Positions 1 through 9,250 of a DNA stretch of 47,946 nucleotides are shown here, piece by piece. Origin of the DNA: Pseudomonadota bacterium (GTDB taxonomy: Bacteria; Pseudomonadota; Alphaproteobacteria; Caulobacterales; Hyphomonadaceae); assembly GCA_036339715.1 (NCBI GenBank), contig JAYZAM010000069.1, positions 1 to 47,946 on the forward strand, written 5' to 3'. Position numbers and translations under genes: made by a program. Below the pieces are notes generated by a model. It was not told the origin of the DNA. It did no database searches and saw only the letters and a program-made list of their open reading frames with translations. Numbering within the stretch: the first letter of the stretch is position 1; every line of letters begins with the position of its first letter.

Positions 1-306
1 ACAGGTCAGCTTGTAATGCCGGATCAGCTCGAGTTTCAGCAGAAGGAAATGCAGAGCTTCGAGCGGCGGAAAATCGTCCTCATTCAGCACCTTATTGACG
101 AGGAACAGCTTGTCCTCTTCCCAGCCCGGCCGGGCGAACTCGGCAGCCGCCCAGTGCACGAACTTGCGCTGAAACGCCTTGCCCTTCGTCAGGCCGATCG
201 CATCATGTTCGGCCAGATACGCCAGAAGTTTCTGAGCCGCGCCAATCATGGGCGCACCCGCAAGAGCAGGCTCATCATTCTTCACCGGCTGGAGCAGGAA
301 CGTCAT
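1..306 (-). CDS. Conserved hypothetical protein, runs off the left window edge
   Basis: Manual translation from ATG at 306: MTFLLQPVKNDEPALAGAPMIGAAQKLLAYLAEHDAIGLTKGKAFQRKFVHWAAAEF...NKVLNEDDFPPLEALHFLL, open to position 1. Resembles an alphaproteobacterial hypothetical family I recall (IGLTK-AFxRxFVHWA, NKV.NE..FPPL). Absent from the ORF track because its stop lies outside the window. Confidence 0.6.
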   Translation of the reverse strand, partial: MTFLLQPVKNDEPALAGAPMIGAAQKLLAYLAEHDAIGLTKGKAFQRKFVHWAAAEFARPGWEEDKLFLVNKVLNEDDFPPLEALHFLLLKLELIRHYKLTC

Positions 307-471
307 CGCAAATTCATCGTCAGGCTTGTTACCAAACAGGCTAACGACGAAAGCGCGGGATGCCTATTCGAGGTGTTCAAGGTTCGAACCCCGAATGTCG
401 CGCCTAACCCGAAGCAGCACAGATCGTCGGGTTTTTTCCGCTTGCAAATCAACGGCTTATATAGTTTAGTT

Positions 472-485
472 TGGCGCGAGTGACG
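472..485 (-). mobile_element. att-like site: displaced 3' end of tRNA-Asp (CGTCACTCGCGCCA)
   Basis: Minus strand reads CGTCACTCGCGCCA, matching the 3' end of alphaproteobacterial tRNA-Asp(GTC) from memory. Flanked by IHF-like AATCAACGGCTTA (447-459) and TTTCAATCACTTA (515-527) and by the direct repeat TTGGTCC(T/A)CAG (547-557, 570-580). Confidence 0.65.
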
Positions 486-744
486 TGCCACATTCCATAT
501 TTTTTATCCATATTTTTCAATCACTTACGGGAAGTGTAATCGATTCTTGGTCCTCAGCTCGGTCTGATTTTGGTCCACAGTTTTGTAGACCGCTTGAGTT
601 CGACGCCGCTCACCGGCACCGATAGCCATAGTTAACGCGGATTGTACTCCCTGCCAAATCAAGCTTGATCTATAGAACTAGATTTCACCGCTAACTACAA
701 TGCACAGAGCGCCGAAACTCAACACATCATACTAACGTCAACAC

Positions 745-2367
745 CTAGCGCTCGACCGATATCCGCATCATGCCCAGCAATCCTCCAAGAACGATATCGC
801 CGCCCGGCAGGAGGTGAATGACAGAGTAAGCGCCATTGTAAATGTGGCTATCACCAAGGCGAAGCCGTGTAACGGCTTCACCCGTCTCCCAATCAAGACC
901 TGTGACCTCCCATTTTCCGTCTACGAAACCATTGACATAGACCTGTTGGGCGCCGCCAGAAATCATGGGGACGGTTGATGGGCTCGATACAGTGGGATTT
1001 GCCCAGGCACGCACCCAGCGGTCAGCTTCAACGTCCCATTCAAACTTTTCAGCACCCGTCGGTCCTTTGCGTAGTCTACCAGACATGACAACATTCTCCA
1101 GCATTGTTGGCAATGGCGATGGCAATGTGTTGTTTACCACCAAGGCACCGTAGCCATATACCGCAACGGATTGCTCAGACTGGGCGCGCTCAAGGTCAGA
1201 CTTTCCGAAACTAACCTGAATCTGGTCGGCAATTCGACGCGATTTGGTCCCTGGCTTCTGGACGAAATCCTCTGGAATATCGTCGCGCCAGAAGGCGACG
1301 ACATTCATAATCAACTCTCCGTCCGTGATGACAACAAGTTTGTCTTCCTCGTCTCCGAAGCCCATAAGTGAGGGCGTAGAGCCTGATCCGTTGCCGAGAC
1401 TCACGCCGCCAAGTTTGCCGGTGAAGGAATCGTATTCTGATGACCACGCGCCATACCCTCTAGAGTGAAGTGTTTCCCCGTCCCAAACCAGTTTATGGAG
1501 CCTCCTATTTGAGAGAACATAAATGCCACCACCCTCATCAATGGCGATCGAGTTCGTAACCTGCTCATCGTCAGCCAACTCATGAATGATCGGTGCCTGT
1601 TCAAAATTTCGGTCTACGATGACGACAACGCCGCCCATCGTCACCAGCGCCAGCATGCCATCATAAGTCAGATTCAATCCGAACACAGCATCAGGGTCTT
1701 CCAGTGTTGGATTGAAATATTCGCGCGGCAGCTGAAAGCGGCGCTTTTCCACCAGTGGTGACAGCGGATTGCCGGGTTCGGCATCACCATAAACGACGAC
1801 ATCGTTGTTGACGACAGTGTAGAAGTCACCATTGCGGTCGACGACATTATAGATTGCTGCTCTGGCGACGACCCGCTCAACATAACGTGGATAGTTCCGA
1901 TTGAGATAGCCAAGCAGTTCAGCTTCTGAGGCCGTACTATCCATTTCGACGGCGATACGTTCAGCATCCTCGACAGACATGAAGGGTTGACCTTCCACAG
2001 GCAGAGCATTGATCAGTTGAAACTTGCCATCGCTAATCAGGATTTTGGAGATACGATTATTGTTGGCGGAGATGGCCACCTGCTCACCTGAAGGATAAGT
2101 TGGTAATTGCATAAGCGTGAGGTTCACCAACCCTGCCGGGACCCTTTGAATACCCTCATCATCAATCTCGTGAATACCGACCGGCCCAGCAAACGGAAGG
2201 GAATCCTGTTGAGCCGGATTAAAATGCGTGGTGGCAAGCTCGCTGTCCACCAGATTTGGGTTCATTGGAGGAAACTCCGGACCCGACGCATCAAAGACTG
2301 GGATAGTGGAGCATGCACCAAGCACGGCTACGATTGCGACTGCAGCAGCAGCGATATGAGGTTTCAT
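745..2367 (-). CDS. Uncharacterised lipoprotein, 540 aa, probably beta-propeller-like
   Basis: Lipobox VLGAC after a hydrophobic signal, RBS GGAGA, beta-rich repeats and motif GSGSTPSLMG. Lies directly downstream of the quinohemoprotein ADH. Confidence 0.75.
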   Translation of the reverse strand: MKPHIAAAAVAIVAVLGACSTIPVFDASGPEFPPMNPNLVDSELATTHFNPAQQDSLPFAGPVGIHEIDDEGIQRVPAGLVNLTLMQLPTYPSGEQVAISANNNRISKILISDGKFQLINALPVEGQPFMSVEDAERIAVEMDSTASEAELLGYLNRNYPRYVERVVARAAIYNVVDRNGDFYTVVNNDVVVYGDAEPGNPLSPLVEKRRFQLPREYFNPTLEDPDAVFGLNLTYDGMLALVTMGGVVVIVDRNFEQAPIIHELADDEQVTNSIAIDEGGGIYVLSNRRLHKLVWDGETLHSRGYGAWSSEYDSFTGKLGGVSLGNGSGSTPSLMGFGDEEDKLVVITDGELIMNVVAFWRDDIPEDFVQKPGTKSRRIADQIQVSFGKSDLERAQSEQSVAVYGYGALVVNNTLPSPLPTMLENVVMSGRLRKGPTGAEKFEWDVEADRWVRAWANPTVSSPSTVPMISGGAQQVYVNGFVDGKWEVTGLDWETGEAVTRLRLGDSHIYNGAYSVIHLLPGGDIVLGGLLGMMRISVER

Positions 2368-2420
2368 TTGTTGTCTCCCAGAGTGACAGATTTGTACTGG
2401 TTTAGCGAATTGTCAGAATA

Positions 2421-4586
2421 CTATTCAGCTTGAGACGTCGACTGTTGCTCGTCTTGAAACGCCATCCAGGCTCGAGAGAGGATGAAATCCTCAATATCAT
2501 CGACTTCCTGTTGGCTTAGGCGGCCGGCGAAGTTGGGCATGCCAATCGCTTCGCCGGCCCCTTGAAGGAGGAAAGCATCAAAAGTGTCTATCCCGAGAGT
2601 CGCTGACTGCCTCAGATCGGGGAGCGTTCCGGACGAAATGGCCGCGCCGCCATGGCAGACACCGCAGAATCGACCGTAGAGGTCTGTGCCCCGTACAACC
2701 GCTTCAGCCGAATGCGGCTGTCGCGCTGGCTCAGGCGTTGCCTTCTGCGGAAGCGCGGCGACGTTTAGCTCGCCCTCTCCGCCAAGTTTGAAGGCAAGTA
2801 CATGGCCTTCAACCGGGCCTCCTGTCTGCCCGACATAGAAGCCGGCGAGCAAATTGGCACCACTGCCCCAACCAGCTGATACAGCAACATACTGCTCGCC
2901 ATTGACCTCATACGCCACAGGTCCACCGACCATTGCGACACCAACCGGATACGACCACAGTTCTTCGCCTGTTTTGGCGTTGTAAGCATTGAAAACGCCG
3001 CTCGTCGTGCCTTGGAATACCAGATCTCCAGACGTTGTCAGCGTACCTCCATTCCACATTCGCTCATGCTGAACACGCCAGACTTCTTTCTGAGCTACCG
3101 GATCCCAGGCAGCAAGATGTGCTTGGACAAGTTGGCGCAGAAGTGTGCGACGTGCTTCTTCTGTTTCCGGTAATGCGTCTGTCAGGCTGACACCGATATT
3201 GAATGCGTCTCGGTCAAAGCGGGCAATCTCGCCCTCGATCTGATCGGAATAGAGGAAAGGAACATCTTGTGCGGGAATATATACCAGCCCTGTTTCCGGA
3301 TTGAATGACATGGGGTGCCAGTTGTGGGCACCAAATGGGCTGGGTTTGACGAGCGCAGGTCCACCAGACAGATAGCGCGCCTCGGGGTTTTCAACAGGAC
3401 GCCCGGTCTCCATATCGATATGTGTGGCCCAGTTAATGGGAACAAATGGCTCTGCGGAAATAAGTTCGCCGCTTATTCGGTCGATGACATAAAAGAAGCC
3501 GTTTTTCGGCGCTTGCATCAGCACCTGACGAAGCTCTCCCTCGATCTCAAGATCAGCTAGAATGATATTCTGCGTAGCTGTGTAGTCCCAAGTTTCGCCC
3601 GGCGTCGTCTGATAGTGCCAGACATATTCTCCTGTGTCTGGACGTAACGCGACGATTGATGACAGGAACAGATTGTCGCCGCCGTCCGGGCTTCGTACTT
3701 TCTGATTCCAGGGCGAGCCGTTTCCAACGCCGATATAGAGGAGGTCCAGTTCAGGATCGAATGCCATGCTGTCCCAGACAGTCCCGCCACCGCCCAGCTT
3801 CCACCATTCGCCTGTCCAGGTCTCAGCAGCCATCTCGATGGCTTCGTTTTCGAATCCATTATCCGGATTTCCCGGCACAGTGTAGAACTTCCCGGCCTGT
3901 TCACCTGTTTCAGCATCATAGGCTGCAACAAATCCGCGAACGCCGAACTCACCACCGCCATTTCCGATGATGACCTTGCCTTTCACAATGCGAGGCGCCC
4001 CTGTGATCGTATAGGGTTCTTCGAGCGGTACAGTACGGGTCTCCCAGATCTGTTCGCCTGACTTTGAATCAAGAGCGATCAGACGACCATCCAGCGACCC
4101 GAATATGACCTTGTCGTTATAGACAGCCACGCCGCGATTGACGACATCGCAACAAGCATGTGCGCCCTTTGATCGGGGAACCTCCGGATCGTAGCGCCAA
4201 AGAATTTCTCCTGTGGCAGCATTAAGCGCCAGCACTTCGCTCCACGAACCCGTAGTGTACATGACACCATCAACAATGATCGGGGTTGCCTCTACGCCAC
4301 GATAGCTGCCAAGCGGTGCCGCCCAGGCAAGATCCAGCTGGTCGATTGTTTCCAGATTAATGGCGTCAAGCGCGCTAAACCGCGTTTCTGAAAACGTGCC
4401 ACCATGAGTAAGCCAGTTATGTGGTTCGCCTGCGGCATTGAGCAAACGTTCCTCATTGATCCCCTGGGAGGCTTGTGTGGAAGCGTCGCCAGAGTCGACC
4501 GCCCCTCCACAGGCAGCCAGAAGACCGATCGTAGCGCCCGTCAGAATGACTTTCAGCGCTGTAGCGGGCATTTTTTTGCCGTTCAT
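2421..4586 (-). CDS. PQQ-dependent quinohemoprotein alcohol dehydrogenase (type II), lipoprotein
   Basis: Vicinal Cys in ACCDVVNRG, Trp-docking repeats, WDYTATQ active-site segment, C-terminal heme motif CGVCH, lipobox LLAAC. Confidence 0.93.
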   Translation of the reverse strand: MNGKKMPATALKVILTGATIGLLAACGGAVDSGDASTQASQGINEERLLNAAGEPHNWLTHGGTFSETRFSALDAINLETIDQLDLAWAAPLGSYRGVEATPIIVDGVMYTTGSWSEVLALNAATGEILWRYDPEVPRSKGAHACCDVVNRGVAVYNDKVIFGSLDGRLIALDSKSGEQIWETRTVPLEEPYTITGAPRIVKGKVIIGNGGGEFGVRGFVAAYDAETGEQAGKFYTVPGNPDNGFENEAIEMAAETWTGEWWKLGGGGTVWDSMAFDPELDLLYIGVGNGSPWNQKVRSPDGGDNLFLSSIVALRPDTGEYVWHYQTTPGETWDYTATQNIILADLEIEGELRQVLMQAPKNGFFYVIDRISGELISAEPFVPINWATHIDMETGRPVENPEARYLSGGPALVKPSPFGAHNWHPMSFNPETGLVYIPAQDVPFLYSDQIEGEIARFDRDAFNIGVSLTDALPETEEARRTLLRQLVQAHLAAWDPVAQKEVWRVQHERMWNGGTLTTSGDLVFQGTTSGVFNAYNAKTGEELWSYPVGVAMVGGPVAYEVNGEQYVAVSAGWGSGANLLAGFYVGQTGGPVEGHVLAFKLGGEGELNVAALPQKATPEPARQPHSAEAVVRGTDLYGRFCGVCHGGAAISSGTLPDLRQSATLGIDTFDAFLLQGAGEAIGMPNFAGRLSQQEVDDIEDFILSRAWMAFQDEQQSTSQAE

Positions 4587-4683
4587 TTTGTCCTCCCGGA
4601 CACCCCAGTGGATGAGGTTCTGGATTTTTTCTCATACCAAGCAAGATTGCACTGGAACGGCGAAGTTTCTCAAGCCCCGCGCA

Positions 4684-4702
4684 ACGCCAATGTTCCGTCA
4701 TT
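4684..4702 (-). promoter_or_regulatory. Putative AraC operator, copy 1 (plus strand ACGCCAA-N5-CGTCATT)
   Basis: 98 bp upstream of the ADH start. Same motif at 9197 and 17004. Confidence 0.55.
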
Positions 4703-4744
4703 TTGTGCCAGCGACAAAGCCTGGGACACCTACTTGCAACGGAT

Positions 4745-5851
4745 CTAGTTGCGGGTTTTCAACTCCTTGAGCAGCTCTTGCTGGTGCTGACCATGCTCAG
4801 GTGCTGGACCGGGGATTGCCTGCACGTTCGATTGGAAACGCGGGGCCGGAACAGCCTGAACATAACCCTGGCTGTTTTCAAAGATTCCGCGCGCCAGATT
4901 ATGAGGGTGCAAAGGTGCACTGATCGGACTTTCCACAAGGCCAAAGCATGCATCGGTCCCCTCTAGTAAGTCTTGCCAGTATGCAGATGGTTCGGTTGCG
5001 AAAAGAGCACGAAACTTCTCTGACTGCTTCGACCAGCTATCACGATCATACTGGTCTTCGAAGTCGGGATCGCCTGTAAGACCGAGGCGCTGTAGAAGTT
5101 CTGCGTAAAATTTCGGTTCTAGCGCGCCAAGCGTGATGTCACGCCCGTCTGCACAGCGATAGGAACTGTACCAAGGGGAATCATCCAGAAAGCCGCGCCC
5201 GCGCTCGGCTTGCATCATGCCGCTGGGCAGCAAATCGAAGATGAGGTTCATCATATGCGCCGACCCATCGACAATCGCTGCATCAATCACATCGCCCTCA
5301 CCGGTGGCTCTGGCCTTTAGAATGCCCGCGAGAATGCCAATCGTCAGATAGTTCGCACCGCCGCCAATGTCCCCGACCAAGCCTGGTGGCGGCAGTGATC
5401 GCGTTCCAGTTGGGCTTGCAAACCAGGCAGCTGAACTGACGGATACATAATTGATATCATGTCCAGCCGCCTGGGCGAGCGGTCCCGCCTGCCCCCAGCC
5501 CGTCATGCGACCAAAGACAAGCTGTGGGTTCCGCCCCAGACAAACTTCCGGACCAAGGCCCAGGCGTTCCATCACTCCCGGCCGCATGCCCTCGATCAGG
5601 GCGTCCGCCGTCGCAATCAGATCCAGCGCGACCGCGCGGTCTTCAGAGTCTTTCAGGTCCAGAGCGATCGAGCGCTTGCCTCTTTTCAGAATGCCGACAG
5701 GCAAAGTCGATCCCGGATCGGAGCCCTTGGTCTTTCGCTCTATGAGAACGACATCCGCGCCCAGATCGGCCAGATGCATGCCACAAAAGGGCGCCGGCCC
5801 AATGCCCTCGATTTCGACAATCCGAATGCCCTGCAGAGGCCCTTTAGACAC
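4745..5851 (-). CDS. CaiB/BaiF class III CoA-transferase / alpha-methylacyl-CoA racemase family
   Basis: GPLQGIRIVEIEGIGPAPFCGMHLADLGADV, EGMRPGVMERLGLG, AGHDINY, GDIGGG. Confidence 0.92.
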   Translation of the reverse strand: MSKGPLQGIRIVEIEGIGPAPFCGMHLADLGADVVLIERKTKGSDPGSTLPVGILKRGKRSIALDLKDSEDRAVALDLIATADALIEGMRPGVMERLGLGPEVCLGRNPQLVFGRMTGWGQAGPLAQAAGHDINYVSVSSAAWFASPTGTRSLPPPGLVGDIGGGANYLTIGILAGILKARATGEGDVIDAAIVDGSAHMMNLIFDLLPSGMMQAERGRGFLDDSPWYSSYRCADGRDITLGALEPKFYAELLQRLGLTGDPDFEDQYDRDSWSKQSEKFRALFATEPSAYWQDLLEGTDACFGLVESPISAPLHPHNLARGIFENSQGYVQAVPAPRFQSNVQAIPGPAPEHGQHQQELLKELKTRN

Positions 5852-5857
5852 GGGACG

Positions 5858-7015
5858 TCACCTGAACGCCGAGACGCCCGTCAGGCTCCGCCCGATAAGG
5901 AGTTTCTGGATCTCAGTCGTTCCATCCGGAATGGGTGCGATCATCGCTTCGCGGGCGAGGCGCTCGACAATGAACTCCTTCGTGACGCCATTACCGCCGT
6001 GAATCTGTACTGCCTGGCGCGTTGCACTGACAGCGATTTCGGTACCGTACCATTTTGCCATTGCGCACTCCTTGTCGCAGCGCTGTCCGGCGTCAATCAT
6101 GCCCGCTGCGCGCAAAGACAACAGGCGCGCCGCATCGATCTCTGTGGCCATTACAGCTAACTTTTCTGCAATGAGCTGGTGGCCGGCAATTGGTTTGCCA
6201 TGCTGCGAACGGTCGATTGCATATTTTATTGACTCATCAAGCGCGCGCCGCGCCATGCCATAGCCCCACGACCCGACGTGAACTCGCGCGCGTTCGAACA
6301 GGGTGAGCGTGTTCTTCAGACCCGAGCCTATTTCACCGATAGTATTCTCGACCGGAACGCGCACATCATCGAGAAAAACCTGTGATGTTGATTGTCGATT
6401 GAGCGCGATCTTTGGAATACCGCGGACTTCATAAGGATGCTCATTGCGATCGAGCAGGATATGGGTCAGTTCGTTCTCGCCAGTTCGGCAGGTGCAGATG
6501 AAAAAATCTGAGTACTCACCATTGGTGATCCATGTTTTCTCACCAGAAATCACCCAATGGTCACCATCTCGCACAGCCCTGGTTTTCGCCGCCGCGACAT
6601 CCGAACCGACATCCGGCTCGGAAATGCCGACAGACGCAAAAAGTTCCCCCGCCAACAATCTAGGCAGGTAACGTGTCTTGATGTGCTCCGGCGCGAGTTT
6701 GACCAGCATCGACGCTGCGCTGCCATTAACAAGTGCGGCTATCGCCAAGTCTCCCGAACTATAGGCAAGCTCTTCAATTAGTTGAACGTGCAGCTTCCAG
6801 GACAACCCCAGCCCGCCGGCAGATTCCGGCTGTGGGGCGTTGACGAGACCAAATTCTGCCAGCTTTTGCGTCCAGCTTTGCATTTTGTCCTTTGGAACGA
6901 AGTCTTCCCCATGCGCAGCCAGTTCCGGCTCCAGCTGCTCATCAAGATAGCGACGCAGGCTTTCGATTGCGGCGAGCTCAGCCTTGTCAAAGAAAATATC
7001 TAATCCCCCAATCAT
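5858..7015 (-). CDS. Acyl-CoA dehydrogenase
   Basis: ISEPDVGSD, GEKTWITNG, QIHGGNG, IPDGTTEIQ. Confidence 0.93.
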   Translation of the reverse strand: MIGGLDIFFDKAELAAIESLRRYLDEQLEPELAAHGEDFVPKDKMQSWTQKLAEFGLVNAPQPESAGGLGLSWKLHVQLIEELAYSSGDLAIAALVNGSAASMLVKLAPEHIKTRYLPRLLAGELFASVGISEPDVGSDVAAAKTRAVRDGDHWVISGEKTWITNGEYSDFFICTCRTGENELTHILLDRNEHPYEVRGIPKIALNRQSTSQVFLDDVRVPVENTIGEIGSGLKNTLTLFERARVHVGSWGYGMARRALDESIKYAIDRSQHGKPIAGHQLIAEKLAVMATEIDAARLLSLRAAGMIDAGQRCDKECAMAKWYGTEIAVSATRQAVQIHGGNGVTKEFIVERLAREAMIAPIPDGTTEIQKLLIGRSLTGVSAFR

Positions 7016-8268
7016 GCATTTGCCCTCTTGAAAATGTTGACCACAGCAACACCCTCCTCAATGCCAATTAGGCCGCCGCTGTTTTCGTGGATAGCGTGTC
7101 GGGCACCATCAACCTGGCGCTTTCCAGCTTCGCCGCGTAATTGGGTGACAAGCTCATGAATTTGCCCCAGCCCGGTTGCGCCGATGGGGTGGCCTTTGGA
7201 CTCCAGCCCGCCAGACGGATTGATCGGGATTGAGCCGCCAATCGTGAAGTCCCCGCGTTCCGCTGCCGGGCCTGCTTCACCGATCGGAACTAACATCAAG
7301 TTCTCGGCGTGCATCAACTCACCAATCGCGGTTGCATCGTGCACCTCGGCAACGTCCATGTCTTCTGGTGAAAGGCAGGCCATTTCATACGCCCTCTCAG
7401 CGGCAATTCGCGCAACATGGCGTTCCGGTGCATCGGCGCTGCGCGCGGGGTTTCCACTTGCAACGGCGCTGGCCATAACCTGGACGGCTCGTGACGTAGT
7501 GGCACCAATCTTCCTCAAGCCTTCCTCATTGCAAAGGATGACCGCTGCAGCACCATCCGAGATCGGTGAGCACATTGGCAGCGTCAAAGGGTAAGTGATG
7601 GGAGGTGCTGAAAGAATTTCATCAATCGTGTAAGGCTGACGGTATTGCGAATACTCATTGTGCTCTGAATGCTGATGATTTTTCGCGGCTATCGCAGCAA
7701 TCTGGCGCTGAGTCGTGCCATAGCGCTTCATATGGTTCCGGCCGAACGCTGCGTAGATTTTCATGAATACGCTATAAGGGCGTTCAGATTCCGATCCCTC
7801 CGGTTCGGCAACACCTTCGCCCAACTGGAGAAGCCTTTTGGCATTCTCCTCAGGTGTCTCAACATCCCAACCGCCATCGAACACAGCGAACATCCTCGCC
7901 TTGTCAGGCACGTTCATTTTCTCGACACCCGCCGCCAGGACAACGTCCTGCATACCAGCCTTAAGCGCCTGAACAGCAAGGTGAAAGGAGGATGAACTGG
8001 ACGCACAGGCGTTTTCAATATTGAATGCGGGAATACCTGTCAGCCCGATCTTGCTGAGCGCAACCTGGCCAGGAACAAAGGTTTGTCCCTGCAAGAACCC
8101 TTGGGTCGCACTGGAATGGTAAACTGCCTCCACGGCGGCCTTGGTGCAGCCTGCATCATCCGCCGCACGCAAAATGGCGGTGTCCAGCAATTCAGAAATA
8201 CTTGCTTCCAGATGCCGCCCGAAATGCGTCATGCCGACGCCTACAATATAAATCTTACTATCCGACAA
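7012..8268 (-). CDS. SCP2-type thiolase family protein
   Basis: NIENACASSS, EVHDA, INPSGGLESKGHPIGATG. TTG start. Confidence 0.9.
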   Translation of the reverse strand: MSDSKIYIVGVGMTHFGRHLEASISELLDTAILRAADDAGCTKAAVEAVYHSSATQGFLQGQTFVPGQVALSKIGLTGIPAFNIENACASSSSSFHLAVQALKAGMQDVVLAAGVEKMNVPDKARMFAVFDGGWDVETPEENAKRLLQLGEGVAEPEGSESERPYSVFMKIYAAFGRNHMKRYGTTQRQIAAIAAKNHQHSEHNEYSQYRQPYTIDEILSAPPITYPLTLPMCSPISDGAAAVILCNEEGLRKIGATTSRAVQVMASAVASGNPARSADAPERHVARIAAERAYEMACLSPEDMDVAEVHDATAIGELMHAENLMLVPIGEAGPAAERGDFTIGGSIPINPSGGLESKGHPIGATGLGQIHELVTQLRGEAGKRQVDGARHAIHENSGGLIGIEEGVAVVNIFKRANA

Positions 8269-8295
8269 GACTCTCTCCCCATCTACAGATGGCCG

Positions 8296-9102
8296 CTACT
8301 GGCCTGAATATTTCGGTGTTCGTTTCTCACTGAAGGCTGAAAGCCCTTCGAGGAAGTCAGCGGATTTTGCATGCGCTTCGAGATGGCGCATTTCCAACGC
8401 GATGGCTTCGCGCGCGGACAAGTGTGCGCTTCCGGCAACCATCTCCTTCATACGCTGAAGTACAAGCGGGCTTTTCTCCGCCAGCTTTGCAGCAAGCGCC
8501 TCTGCAACCGATGACAAGTCGTCATCCTCAACAACTTGGCTTACAAATCCGGCTTCACGAAACGCTTCCGCCGACCAATGATCGCCGGAGAATAGGAGAT
8601 AATTCGCTTTCTTTTCGCCAACATACCTCGGCAAGAGAGATCCCCCGCCGCCCGGCAGAACACCAAAATTGGAATGGGCGTCGCCCAGCCGCGCACTGCG
8701 CGCCGCCATCACGACATCGCAGGTCATGGCTAGCTCCAGTCCGCCGGCCAAAGTCAATCCATTGAGCGCTGCAATTGTCGGCTTCGGCAAAGCACGAATA
8801 GCCAAAAACACGTTCTGAATGTCGCGAAGGAAGCCAAGAAACCCGGTATTGTCACCAGCCTGAACTTCCCCCAAAACGCCCTTCAGGTCAGCACCGCAGC
8901 AAAAGGCGCGCCCGCTCCCAGTGATAGTCAGCACTCGAATCTCATCGCGCTCGGCAACATCTTTCACACATTGCGCAAGTTCATTCACCATTAGAGCGGA
9001 CAGTGCATTCATGCTGCTCGGACGCGTCAGGGTAATTCGTGCACACGAATCTTCCGCCTCAAATTTCAGGGTTTCAAACGACAATTGTCCAATTCCAAGC
9101 AT
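8296..9102 (-). CDS. Enoyl-CoA hydratase/isomerase family protein
   Basis: AFCCGADL, AGGLELAMTCD, crotonase C-terminus (AFSEKRTP). Start placed at ATG 9102 with GGAG upstream; the ORF extends to 9150. Confidence 0.9.
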   Translation of the reverse strand: MLGIGQLSFETLKFEAEDSCARITLTRPSSMNALSALMVNELAQCVKDVAERDEIRVLTITGSGRAFCCGADLKGVLGEVQAGDNTGFLGFLRDIQNVFLAIRALPKPTIAALNGLTLAGGLELAMTCDVVMAARSARLGDAHSNFGVLPGGGGSLLPRYVGEKKANYLLFSGDHWSAEAFREAGFVSQVVEDDDLSSVAEALAAKLAEKSPLVLQRMKEMVAGSAHLSAREAIALEMRHLEAHAKSADFLEGLSAFSEKRTPKYSGQ

Positions 9103-9196
9103 TGGGCCGCGTTCGCTCCAAAACTTGGCCCGTTCCAGATGAGGCTTCACTTTATCGGGCCAGAAAACTTATTGAACATCAGACGCATGTCACCGT

Positions 9197-9215
9197 GCGC
9201 CAAAGCGTCGTCAGT
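9197..9215 (-). promoter_or_regulatory. Putative AraC operator, copy 2 (plus strand GCGCCAA-N5-CGTCAGT)
   Basis: 95 bp upstream of the hydratase ATG. Matches copies at 4684 and 17004. Confidence 0.5.
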
Positions 9216-9250
9216 CGAGCCGCCCAAGGCAATGCAGAGCTCTAGCGATG

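Noticed and set aside
381-405. GGTTCGAACCCCG...TCGCGCC, resembling a tRNA T-arm/3' end
   Set aside because: No D-arm or anticodon arm can be built and there is no CCA. Not called as a tRNA.
16-483. 155-aa plus-strand ORF
   Set aside because: Antisense shadow of the minus-strand gene at 1-306, and it runs into the att region.
671-681. TATAGAACTAG, reverse complement of 17113-17123 inside the mini-element
   Set aside because: Only 11 bp with no flanking similarity; expected by chance in 48 kb.
2421-4586. Possible lanthanide-dependent ADH
   Set aside because: The active site reads WDYTA and lacks the extra Asp (D-x-D) of lanthanide enzymes.
4695-4710. TGGCAC on the minus strand as a sigma-54 promoter
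   Set aside because: No TTGC at the -12 position. Better explained as part of the three-copy motif.
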